This document shows, one piece after another, positions 1 to 12,012 of a stretch of DNA of 64,000 nucleotides. Below the pieces are notes generated by a model that had not been told where the DNA came from, made no database searches, and saw only the letters and a list, made by a program, of their open reading frames with translations. How positions within the stretch are numbered: position 1 is the stretch's first letter; each line of letters starts with the position of its first letter. Location: assembly GCA_016748015.1 (NCBI GenBank), contig JAAOMT010000590.1, forward strand, positions 302,544 to 366,543, written 5' to 3'. Made by a program: the position numbers and the translations under genes. Source of the stretch: Geosiphon pyriformis uo1 (Eukaryota > Fungi > Glomeromycota).

Positions 1-615
1 AAAATGCATGAATTAAGATTGGCTGAGGAAGCATCTATTAGAAAGGTAATAGAAAAACAAATAGAGAAGTTTTGTTCTGATAAAAGTGGCATAATTAAAA
101 GTGTTCTAGACTGACCCTTTCATAAGGTGGTGCTAGATCATTTGGTGGTAGATGATAAGCTGGTTGTGGAGCTAATTAAAATTAAATCTAATATGGATAG
201 AATTATGAAGAGTTGAACAAGAAAGTGAATGGTGCCTCCAGCTTTGCCCAATCTCTGGGCCTGCCAGTATATGTCTCTGAATTATGTAAAGAATAACACC
301 TTTTCTGAAGTAATGCATCCTATTGGCTTGAGCAAATTGCTTTTGGTCATTGGTGGTTTACCTGATAGAAAGACTGCAGGCTTATCTGGCATCCCTAATG
401 AACTGTGGAAGCATGGTAGTAATACAGTAGTAGGTTGCCTGTTGAGGCTGCTGAATGTGTGCTTGAATGTAGATAGTGTACTTGTTCTATAGAAGAGGGC
501 ATGGGTGTTAATTATTCCAAAACCCTATAACTGGAATGGAGTTCTTACAAACACTCACCCTATTGCATTAATTGAAATCTCAAGAAAGATACTTTCTAAG
601 GTTCTATCTGACCAT

Positions 616-1222
616 TGTTACTCATAGAATATAGGAAGTATATTAGCATATAAATTAGCCAATTAGAGGTAGACATAGTAAATGTGGAATTCCAGGATTC
701 TTCTCAGAAAAATTGCAAGATTCCAGGAATTTCAGGATTCTCATATAAGGAATTGCAGGATTCTAGAATTCCAGAATTCCTCTCAAAGGAATTGCAGAAT
801 TCTAGGAATTCCAGGATTTCTGACATAAAGAATTAAGGAATTGAGAAATCTCAAATACGTATATATAGTAGTAGTATTAGAAGTTAGAAAATTAGTCAAT
901 GAGACTCAGAGTTAATTAATTCGCAGAGTCAATTAGACTTATAGAATCAATTAGATTCACAAATCATAATTATTAAAAATACAAAAAAAACAAAAAAACA
1001 AACTCTTTTAGTTTAGACCTCTCAGTTTAGATTTAATCTACACAACATTCCAGTTCCCAATCATCAAATAAATAATTATTCCATATCTCAACCCACTTTC
1101 TACTATCAACACTTCATGTTAATAGTAATTGATACTTAACCACGCTGGAACAATAGCTCTTGATCATGGCTATTGACAAGATACTAACGTACCAAATTGC
1201 CTTGGCTTATTTTCTCTATTTT
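616..1222 (+). repeat. 5' LTR of element A (truncated by N gap)
   Basis: Matches 2402-3000; TG start; GGAATTCC-rich tandem motif; TATATA box at ~860. Confidence 0.9.
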
Positions 1223-2401
1223 NNNNNNNNNNNNNNNNNNNNNNNNNNNNNNNNNNNNNNNNNNNNNNNNNNNNNNNNNNNNNNNNNNNNNNNNNNNNNN
1301 NNNNNNNNNNNNNNNNNNNNNNNNNNNNNNNNNNNNNNNNNNNNNNNNNNNNNNNNNNNNNNNNNNNNNNNNNNNNNNNNNNNNNNNNNNNNNNNNNNNN
1401 NNNNNNNNNNNNNNNNNNNNNNNNNNNNNNNNNNNNNNNNNNNNNNNNNNNNNNNNNNNNNNNNNNNNNNNNNNNNNNNNNNNNNNNNNNNNNNNNNNNN
1501 NNNNNNNNNNNNNNNNNNNNNNNNNNNNNNNNNNNNNNNNNNNNNNNNNNNNNNNNNNNNNNNNNNNNNNNNNNNNNNNNNNNNNNNNNNNNNNNNNNNN
1601 NNNNNNNNNNNNNNNNNNNNNNNNNNNNNNNNNNNNNNNNNNNNNNNNNNNNNNNNNNNNNNNNNNNNNNNNNNNNNNNNNNNNNNNNNNNNNNNNNNNN
1701 NNNNNNNNNNNNNNNNNNNNNNNNNNNNNNNNNNNNNNNNNNNNNNNNNNNNNNNNNNNNNNNNNNNNNNNNNNNNNNNNNNNNNNNNNNNNNNNNNNNN
1801 NNNNNNNNNNNNNNNNNNNNNNNNNNNNNNNNNNNNNNNNNNNNNNNNNNNNNNNNNNNNNNNNNNNNNNNNNNNNNNNNNNNNNNNNNNNNNNNNNNNN
1901 NNNNNNNNNNNNNNNNNNNNNNNNNNNNNNNNNNNNNNNNNNNNNNNNNNNNNNNNNNNNNNNNNNNNNNNNNNNNNNNNNNNNNNNNNNNNNNNNNNNN
2001 NNNNNNNNNNNNNNNNNNNNNNNNNNNNNNNNNNNNNNNNNNNNNNNNNCTAATTAAAACTCTGCTGATGATGACAATGACGATTCAAACTCCACCGACA
2101 ATAACAACAATAATTCAAACTCCGCTTCAAATCTTAAACAATATATTACACTTCTAGATCTTACAATGGAGCAGAAATTAATTCAATTCAGTGATAATAA
2201 TAAGGACATTATGTCTGAACATGCACATAATACAGATGCAAGATTTGAACATGGATATTCTGGACAGACTACTATAGTTAAAAACTCCAGTCATGTATAA
2301 AATTAGATTTACAAATAGCAATAGAAATTACAGCAACAACATTGATACAAAAGAGAGATTTAGTAGATTTCGCAGAAGCTCAATATTAAAGGAGGGAATA
2401 A

Positions 2402-3379
2402 TGTTACTCATAGAATATAGGAAGTATATTAGCATATAAATTAGCCAATTAGAAGTAGACGTAGTAAATGTGGAATTCCAGGATTCCTCTCAGAGAAATT
2501 GCAGGATTCCAGAAATTTCAGAATTCTTGTATGAAAAATTGCAAGATTCCAGAATTCCAGAATTCCTCTCAAAGGAATTGCAGAATTCCAGGAATTCCAG
2601 GATTCTTGACATGAAGAATTGAGGAATCTCAAATATATATATATAGCAGTAGTATCAGAAGTTAGAAAATTAGTCAATGAGACTCAGAGTTAATTGATTC
2701 GCAGAGTTAATTAGACTCATAGAATCAATTAGACTTGCAAATCATAATTATTAAAAATACAAAAAAAACAAAAAAACAAACTCTTTTAGTTTAGACCTCT
2801 CAGTTTAGATTTAATCTACACAACATTCCAGTTCCCAATTATTAAATAAATAATTATTCCATATCTCAACCCACTTTCTACTATCAACACTTCATGTTGA
2901 TAGTAATTGATACTTAACCACACTAGAACAATAGCTCTTAATTATGGCTATTGACAAGATACTAATGTACCAAATTGCCTTGGCTTATTTTCTCTATTTT
3001 CTTTATTTTATTTTCTTTCTTTTTGATTTTGTTATTGTATATTAATTGATTAAAAGATTAAGCACTGAGTTATTGACATCAAGAATAGCCTGGTAAAAAA
3101 CCCAGAAATAAGGATAGAATTTTATATATTATCGGATAGCTTACCAGAAGAGCACAACTGTTAGACTAAATCCAGCCACCATGCTAAGAAAAAAATTGGG
3201 AAAACTCTTGGAAAGATACATCTACTATCAACACTATTGAATCTCTGTTCATTATACAAAGGACTCCATCAAAACTTTCAGATACAACACTTGCAGAACT
3301 TTATCCATGGAAGTAGCTTTTGAGCACCAAGTTATAAGTTTGTTATTTAATTCAACAGCAGAAATAATCATCTGTAACA
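2402..3379 (+). repeat. 3' LTR of element A (978 bp)
   Basis: TGTTAC...GTAACA ends; preceded by purine tract AAAGGAGGGAATAA. Confidence 0.9.
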
Positions 3380-6300
3380 CCATATTTTGTTTGTCTACAG
3401 TAAATTTGACATCCTCCAAGGTGATAATTTTTCAGTACTGAGGAGCACTTCTACACAATCTCCAGTGTTTGCTGTTGAATCTGTTATTGAAGATGCTCTC
3501 AAGAAAAATAGAGAAATTTGGTTGGTTTTACAAGATATGTGAAAAACTTATGATTTTGTTGGTTGGTACCATCTGAAAACTAGCTTGCTATAAATCAAGA
3601 TGTGTAACAGATTTATAAAATTTTTTGGCAGCATACATAAGGATAGAATCAATAGGATTATGACTGATTTTGGTCTGTCTGATGGCTATAGGGTGTATAA
3701 TGGATTGAATCAGAGTGAAGTTTTTTTATCTCTTCTCTAGAGAATATTTTATAATCAACTTTTGTGTAAAATTAAGAGACATGAACATTTGTGTGAATAC
3801 TGGATTGATACTAAGTTTGTTTTAAGGTCAGGAAGAATTGAGAATAGTAGTGAGATGACATCTCATTTTGCAGCTGGTGTGTTTGTTGATAACACAATTT
3901 GGGTCGAGAACTGCCAGACTTTGGCTTAGTATGCTTTGAACATTGTCAGTAAATTTTTTGATATTAATGATATTTCTATCAACAATGATAAAACAGTTGC
4001 TATTCCTATTAATCAAGATGTTAAGGTTGCTTCTTTGAGTATTTGTGGTCAGCCAATTTTGATTGCCAAAAAGGGCAAAGCATATCATTATCTAGGTATT
4101 TTTTTGTCTATTGAGGGGCTGTTCAAGCTGAGTGTTGCCAAAACTTATTCTGATGTTCGTTTCTTTGTTAATGTTGTGCTAAAGAAGACTATTACTGATA
4201 AGCAGTTCTCATATTTAGTGTTGGCTGTCTCACAGTCTATCATTAACTATCAGACTCAGTTCAGTTTTGTTTCATCAAATGTTTATTGCAAGTGGAATGT
4301 CATGATCAAGAAGGGTCTTAAACTTAAAACTTGTCTTCCCCATGACTTTTCTGATGTAGCTTTACATTACTTTTTGTTGTATGGTCTAAAAACCTTTGAG
4401 CAGGTTCAGTCTGAGAGTAAATTGGCTGCTGTGGTATTTTTTTTTAATGCTTTGAACATTCTAGGGCATTTGTTCAACCATAGATTTTTGGATTTGCAGA
4501 TTATAAACTGGGCTTTTATGAATCTTTTACAGTTTCCTGTTAGGTTATATGTTAGTCCTGTAAACAATTTTTTGGCTGGTGTGGTGAAAGTTTTTTTGCA
4601 CAATAAGCTGTTTTTAACAAATAATCTGCCTAATGCCTTTTGTAGTCTTGGTGTTTTTTCTATGTCACTGGTATTAGAAGACACTCTTTACTTCAGTTTG
4701 GTGCATTCTTTGAAGTGTTTTAGTGTTGTGTTTGGTGATAAGCTGCTGGATAAAAAAGGGCATGTGATGAATTAGAAAACTTTTTGGCAGTGGAAAAGGC
4801 TTGATCTGAGGGAACCTGTCCCTTCCTGGTTTAGACAAACATCTCAATTTTTACATGGTGGTAGCACTCTGTTATTGGATATTACAAAAACTGGCCAGCT
4901 TTATGGTTTAAACATTTTGGATTCTCAGAAATTTTCTGTTGTACAGAGTAGCTTGCATGAGATTTGATCTAGTTTATTTGACATTTTTACGAATGGTTTA
5001 TTGAAAAATCTTGGCTCAACTGATGTTGCCAGTGGTGTAGCTGTGTACTTTCCTGTTGTGAATCTTAGTCTTGAAGTTGGAGTTCAGAGTTTGTTGTCCT
5101 CTACTTTGGCCGAGTTGTAGACTGTTGCTTTGGCATTAAAGAGCATACCATCTTCTTGTACACTAGCATTGTATACTGACAGTCAAGCTGCTATTGATGC
5201 TTGTATGTCTGAGATGTCTTCTGCTGTGCCTGACTTCCATGCTCCATGTTGGGTAAAAAAGTGTCACATTTTTAATTTGATCTATAAGAAAAATATTAAT
5301 GTAAAATGGATAAAGGTTAGAGATTATTCTGGAATTTGTGGCAATAAAAAGGCTAATGCTACAGCTGGTGATATTATGTGCTCTCAGTTTTTTTTGTCAG
5401 TAGGAGTGCAGGAATATTTCTTGGTAGCTGAGAATAAGGTTGTGTCTGACAATGCCTAGCACTTTGTTTGAAATTTGTACAGATCTGTTTGTTGTGCTCA
5501 TTGAAAAGCTGGACCTGGTTGCAATGTTATTCCAAATATATTGATTGGAAGTGTTGACTGGGGAGCCACCTCAAGGATATAGTACCCTGACTTGCATATG
5601 TTTGCTGGGTCTATTAGTCAGAAGTCTTCTGTTTTATGTTCATATTTGATAAAAGCTATACACCGATGACTTTCAGTAGCAGTTAGGAAAAAATTGTATA
5701 ATAAAAGTTATTCTGGTGTGCTGTGTTTGCTGTGTGGAGAAATGGAGCTGTCTGATCATGCTTTTTTGTGCACTTTAAATGTTGGTGTTTGAGAGAAAAT
5801 TTTGGCTGAGACTTCTGCTTTATGGGTCTCTTTAGTAAATGTTAGTGCTTTGTTTTTTTCTTTTGCAGTTTTGCAGTTCTTTGGTCTTTGCTCTTTAGAT
5901 ATTGGTCTATACTCAGTTGTATATAAGGAGTTTGTTATAGAGGATTGGTGTACAGAAGCTGTTGAGATTTTTAATAATAGGAAAGAGGCTGTGAGTGTTG
6001 TTGTTGATTATGTGAGGCATTTTGTTGAGTTACATTGTTTTAGGATCTGGCTGGTGAGAACTAAACATAGAGTGAACATAAAAAGAGCTGGCTTGGTCGG
6101 AGATGGTGGGTTGGTGTCAGATTTGGTGCATTGTGTGGTGCAGGTGTTGTCGAATAGTATAGTTAGAATGTTTGGTATAGCCAATTCTCTTGCTGTTAGT
6201 TTTGACCATTGTAAGTCTTGTCTTTTCTTTTATAGGCTAGATTGTGATCCATGTGTTATTATAAATGTGTAGTGTTGCCTTGTCTGGCCCAAGTGGTTAG

Positions 6301-6514
6301 TCACATATAGTAAAATGCATGAACTGCATTTAGTTTGAGCCTTTTAGTATGGCTCTATGTACTAAATAATAGTTGGGCTTCACTCATTAAATGCATTTAA
6401 TAAAATAAAATAAAAATTTGTATATTTAAAAATATAATCTTATTTTTATATTTTTTTATATTTTATATAATTTAATCAATTTTTAATATTACTATTTAAC
6501 AACAAAAAAACTTA

Positions 6515-6745
6515 TTTCTTTCCTATATCTAAAAATTTTCCAAAAAGCATATTTTTTAAAAAAAGTTTTTTGTTTTTCTGTTTTATATTTCACAATTTCA
6601 CAAGAAACAAACTCTTTTGTTGTCAAGTTGGCTGCCATCATAAATGGTTTACAGCTAAGAGGACACCAGCCAGGGTTTTAGTTTTGGATTTAGTTAGTGG
6701 GAGCTTGGTTCAGAAGCAGAAAGCTTTTTTTGGCAAAGTACTGTA
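6515..6745 (+). mobile_element. LINE 5' end fragment (5'UTR and start of ORF1)
   Basis: Resembles the 5' end of the LINE at 50480-50720 (AAGCATATTTT motif, T-rich leader; TAKRTPARV...QKQKAFFGKV vs SKKKVFKGV...QKKKVVLKNV). Confidence 0.6.
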
Positions 6746-8945
6746 TAAGTGAGACATGGTTCTTCATTCTATTTTCCGTGTTTTTCTGGATAACCATATT
6801 TTTCTTTATTACAATAGTTATAATAGTAATGGGTGGAGTTTCTTGGGTTTTTGTCTAGTGCATTGCATGCAGTTATGAATGAGAGTTTTTTATTGCAAAC
6901 TAAATATTCTAGCTTTAATCTGTGTTGCTGGTGGTTTCTTTGTGGATTTATCTGATTTCATTCAAGTCTTCTTTCACTTGTCCAAGTTGGTACAGCCAGT
7001 AGTTCTGTTCTTTAGTCATTAGTCCATGAGAGCTGATAAGTTTTGATGGCTGGTAGGGCTGAATTTTTTTTGAATTCAAAGATGGGTTTTTGGTTGATGC
7101 TGGGTTTTTGGAAGTGGTTACATGTAGCTAAAATTTTGGTATAGTGGCCATTATAGCTAATAAGAAGCCCTTGAGTAGTCCAGTATAGTATAATGTTGGC
7201 TTTTGTTAACCAGTCATTCCTTACTAATGTTTGATATTGTGTAGCATCCATTATTAATACTTTTGTAGGTATTATTATGCCATTAATTTCAAAAAGAAAT
7301 GAGTTGATTTCACCATAAGACAGCTTGGTACTTTTATTGGCTGTTATAATTTGGGACATCACAGCATGATCAACTTTGAAACCCAGTTGGTTTACTAGTT
7401 AAAGTGTAATGATGCTTCCAGCAGATCTGTGATATAAGATAAGTTTAATTGAGATGTTGTTTACAATTGCTTTTGTATACATAGCAGGAATTGGGCATTT
7501 TTTGTCCAATGTTGCTTCACTAAACATAGCTTTGTTTTCCTTTAATTCAAAAGAAAAAATGGCTGCAAGGCTGCTATCTTCAGTGGTGACTGCTGGTAGT
7601 ATAGTTTGGCTTAAATTTTGATTTTTGGGCAAATTTTTAATTCTGATTGTGTTTCTATCATTATTGTTTTTAATGTTCAAATTTTTCAGTATATTAAGGT
7701 AAGTTTGCTAATAATTTTGGTAGTTTGGATTCTCTGAACCAATGCATTTTGATTCCACATGAACAGATTTTGAGGCTCAAGATGCTAATTTGGGTTGACT
7801 ATCATGGGCTGTTGCTGATAAGTTCCTTGATTTTGGTACGTTGTTACAGTTTAAGAATTTAGCAAAAAGAATCATAAAAATAATACAAACTATTCAATCA
7901 TAATATAGCACAGTAATAATCTTAGAAAGGTAATGATTAACATAGTAGCAAACACCATCTCGCGATAGTGGCAAGCACCAGTTCACAATAGCAGCCAACA
8001 CCAACTGGTGATAGCAGCAAGCACCAGGTTGAAATATNNNNNNNNNNNNNNNNNNNNNNNNNNNNNNNNNNNNNNNNNNNNNNNNNNNNNNNNNNNNNNN
8101 NNNNNNNNNNNNNNNNNNNNNNNNNNNNNNNNNNNNNNNNNNNNNNNNNNNNNNNNNNNNNNNNNNNNNNNNNNNNNNNNNNNNNNNNNNNNNNNNNNNN
8201 NNNNNNNGGGGTTTGAAAACCGTGAAGAGGAGTCTGAATCAGAATCCGAAAAAGAGACCAGCGAAAAAACAATCACAAGACCAGTCACTGGAACAAGCAG
8301 CCAGTCCAGAAACCAAGAAACTCGTGATCAAGAGAAAGAACCGGATATAAGAGAAGCCACCTTTAGGAACGCTCAAGAAAATATCATCCCACCTCCTCTT
8401 AGATCAATAAACCCACCAGCAGAAAATGGCAACGAAATGACCACACCATACATTGCAAGACTAACAGATTTCTCAGGAGAGGAAGAAGAAACGGACGTGC
8501 ACACATGGCTCAGAGAAGCACAAAAAACCATCCAGGCAAATAACTGAAACAACCAAAGAGCAATTCAAATATTACCTTTCTTCCTGAAAGGCACAGCCAA
8601 CTCGTGGTATCAAAGCCTGGAAACAAAACTCACGAGCTTCGCCGAATTTAAAAATGCACTCCTGGAGTATTTTAGCGACCCAAACGCCGTAATCCAACTA
8701 CAGAACGAATTCAATACTATCAAGCAAAATACCGGTGAAACTGTCACCCAATACTTTGCTCGATTCAATCGAATTCGCCGTCAGATTGAAGCGATTGAAC
8801 AAGGATACTACACTGATCCTCAGGTTTTAAATCAGTTTATTAGAGGATTAAAAAGCAGCATTTTAGGAAGAGNNNNNNNNNNNNNNNNNNNNAAAAAGGA
8901 AATAATAATTAGCAATAATTCATTGCTAAAAAGGAAAAGACAAAA

Positions 8946-11340
8946 GTGGCGACAAAAACCCTTAATCTTACTGTTCTTGAATTCTGCCGTGCTATTTACA
9001 CACAAAATCAAAGTGATCTTGGATTACCAGAAGGGTGTTGTCTAGCAGAATCTGCTCTCACTTATTATATCAACACCAGAATAAATTATCATATAGGAAA
9101 GGAAGAAGAACCACATGACACAAAACTTGGATTGTATAGAGAATTATCACAATACACTACAAAAGAAGTAGCAGTAATAGCCGCAACTATTGTCAAAATC
9201 CATCAAGAAATTGAGCAATATGCCAACGAAAATTTTCCAATATCCACAGGAAACACTAGGGAACGCGCCAACAAAACCAAAGAAAATTTAGAAACTAATC
9301 AGGAAAGTAACCAGCAAAAACTAGGAACACCAGCTCAAACGCCAAAGAAAACTGTCACTCAATCAATAAAGAAACAACGTATTTATTCACCAGAAGATAA
9401 ATCATACCATTTTTCACCAGAAAATAAGATACAAATTCCATTAGGAGCTGCATCATCATCAACATCAACTCCACAAACGCCAAGAACTCCTAGTTATATT
9501 GATAAAATTAAACAACGTAACTGGGGAGACATACCAATTACAGGAGGATATTCATCACTATTCCAAAACCTTCTTTTTCAGCCAAAATTTAGAACGGGGT
9601 TTGAAAACCGTGAAGAGGAGTCTGAATCAGAATCCGAAAAAGAGACCAGCGAAAAAACAATCACAAGACCAGTCACTGGAACAAGCAGCCAGTCCAGAAA
9701 CCAAGAAACTCGTGATCAAGAGAAAGAACCGGATATAAGGGAAGTCACCTTTAGGATTGCTCAAAGAAATATNNNNNNNNNNNNNNNNNNNNNNNNNNNN
9801 NNNNNNNNNNNNNNNNNNNNNNCTCCTGGAGTATTTTAGCGACCCAAACGCCGTAATCCAACTACAGAACGAATTCAATACTATCAAGCAAAATACCGGT
9901 GAAACTGTCACCCAATACTTTGCTCGATTCAATCGAATTCGCCGTCAGATTGAAGCGATTGAACAAGGATACTACACTGATCCTCAGGTTTTAAATCAGT
10001 TTATTAGAGGATTAAAAAGCAGCATTTTAGGAAGAGTACGCCCTGCCCACCCTTATTCCTTACCAGAAGCCATTACGCTCGCCAGAGCCCTTGAATCGGC
10101 TGAGAAAGAAGCTAACCATAGTCAAATGGTTAACATGGTAATGGAGGAAAATAAGACAGAAACATTAAAGAAAAGAGTAATGCGATTAGGGGAGGAACTC
10201 TCTAAGAAAATAGAAAGTTACCTCATCCCGGATCCGAGAAAAAATACATACCAACCACCCCAAAGATGCAGCCAGGAAGTCAGCGACAGTCGAAATAATC
10301 GCCCGTCGCGCCAGGAATTCAGAACAGAAACACGCGCCTGCCATTTTTGCAAACGCGTAGGACATTTGATTAGTCAATGTCGAACGCGAATGATGTAGAA
10401 AGCACGCGAAAATAATTACTACACGCCACCCCAAATGTCCAGAAACCAGTACACGCCAATACCATGCCAATATCCCACTACGTATCAAAATCAAGGAGCT
10501 TACCAGCAACAGCCCATGATAGCCAACCCGAATTGGCATCCCGAGGCCCGAAATCAGCCCATGTGGAACCAGAACGCGTTGGTCCAGAGGAATCCAAACT
10601 GCGCCGGAACCAATCAGCAAACCAATCCAAACTACCAAAATTATCAACAAACTTACCTTAATATACCAGAAAACCTGATCATCGGAAACAATGACGATAG
10701 AAACATAAACAGAACCAAGAATTCCTCCAAATTGAGCCAGACAATACCACCAGCAGTTGCCACCGAAGATAGCAGCCTCGCAGCTATTTTTCCTTTTGAA
10801 TTAGAGGAAAACGAGGCTATGTTCAGTGGAGCAGCATTGGACAAAAAATGCCCAATCACTGCTATGTATATGGAAGCCACTGTAAACAATACCCCAATCA
10901 AACTTATCTTAGACAGTGGATCCGCTGGAAGCATCGTAATGCTTCAACTAGTAAACCAACTGGGTTTCAAAGTTGATCGTGCCGCGACGTCCCAAATCAT
11001 AACAGCCGATGGAAGTACAAAGCTGCCTTATGGCGAAATCGACTCATTCCCTTTCGAAATTAACGGCATAGTAATACTTACAAAAGTATTAGTAATGGAC
11101 GCTACACAATATCAAGCGTTAGTAGGGAATGACTGGCTAACAAAAGCCAACGCCACCCTAGACTGGACCACCCAAAAGCTTCTGATCAATTATAATGGCC
11201 ACCAGGCCAAAATTCCAGCCACCTGTGGCCACTTCCAAAAACCCAGCGCCAACCAAAGACCTACCTTCGAATTTGAGAAAAATCCAGCACTACCAGCCAT
11301 CGAAACCTATCAGCTCTCTTGGGCTGATGACCAAAGAACA
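8946..11340 (+). pseudogene. gag: B1 gag-protease region (N-terminal extension, capsid, CCHC knuckle, aspartic protease)
   Basis: GTG start at 8946. Capsid FLKGTANSWY in the duplicated contig at ~8580. Knuckle CHFCKRVGHLISQC at ~10339-10380. Protease LILDSGSAGS at ~10903 and ALVGNDWL at ~11115. A few premature stops and gaps. Confidence 0.85.
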
Positions 11341-11579
11341 NNNNNNNNNNNNNNNNNNNNGAACAATACCTCGCCCAAATCAACACTTACCTCTGCGAAA
11401 ACTGTCTCATCCCGTGCCAAAGTCAGTGCTGTGAAGAGTGTCAAGACGAAAGGGACTTAGAAAGAAAAATGGAAATTGAGAATCAGCAGTCTCAAAATCA
11501 ATCAATAAATCAACAAGACTCACCTGACGGTCCCGAGTCAGAAAAATTTGTAGCCTATACCGACCTAGAACAGGTGACC

Positions 11580-12012
11580 AACATCCAATACTTCGACAAC
11601 GGGCACTTAGGAATAATACCCGAAAGAGCCCATCCAACCGACGCCGGATTCGATCTACATTATCCGGAAGACCAATCCACAACGTTACTACCCAGGAGCA
11701 TCACCAAAATCGACCTAAAATTAGCGGTTGAAATTTCGCCAGGAATAATGGTTCAAATGGTGTCGCGATCAAGCCTCGCGAAAAAAGGAATAAGTGTTCA
11801 AGGAGGAGTAATTGACTCCGGATACACTGGAAATTTGATGGTTTTGCTATAGAACAATTCAGAAAAGCCTTATACCATTGAATCTAAGGAAAAGATTGCA
11901 CAAGCAATTTTCCTACCATTGGTAAAAATTGGGAAATTTGTGCCAGTGGAAAATCGTGAGGAATTGTCACAAACAATGAGAGGAACTTTTGGTTTCGGAT
12001 CGACAGGAAAAG
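11580..12012 (+). pseudogene. dut: B1 dUTPase domain (trimeric type, all five motifs, one CAG>TAG stop at 11850)
   Basis: DAGFDL, SRSSLA, GGVIDSGYTG, EKIAQAIF, RGTFGFGSTG. Confidence 0.93.

Larger units (their letters stand above)
616..3379 (+). mobile_element. LTR retrotransposon A (A/D LTR family), internally deleted; contains assembly gap 1223-2049
   Basis: Two highly similar LTRs start TGTTACTCATAG at 616 and 2402. The element ends TGTAACA at 3379. CCAT is duplicated at 612-615 and 3380-3383. PPT at 2388-2401; dUTPase N-terminal fragment at 2150-2350. Confidence 0.9.
1..6416 (+). mobile_element. LINE copy L1, 3' part (ORF2 RT, RNase H, CCHC, 3'UTR, A-rich tail); pseudogenised; split by LTR element A at 616-3379
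   Basis: RT motifs KTAGLSGIPNELWKH and TNTHPIALIE continue across the insertion (LSDH|ILFVYSKFDIL). AGVFVDNTIW at ~3870-3900. RNase H LYTDSQAAID...WIKV...GNKKANA at 5170-5360. CLLCGEMELSDH at ~5725. Stop TAG at 6270-6272, then 3'UTR and a TAAAA tail. Confidence 0.9.

Noticed and set aside
1160-2057. Long ORFs at 1160-2057, 7937-8288 and 29840-30056
   Set aside because: They are open only because they run through N gaps.
6284-6300. TGGCCCAAGTGG resembling a tRNA A-box or SINE head
   Set aside because: There is no B-box or cloverleaf. It sits at the LINE 3' end and is better explained as stem-loop 1.
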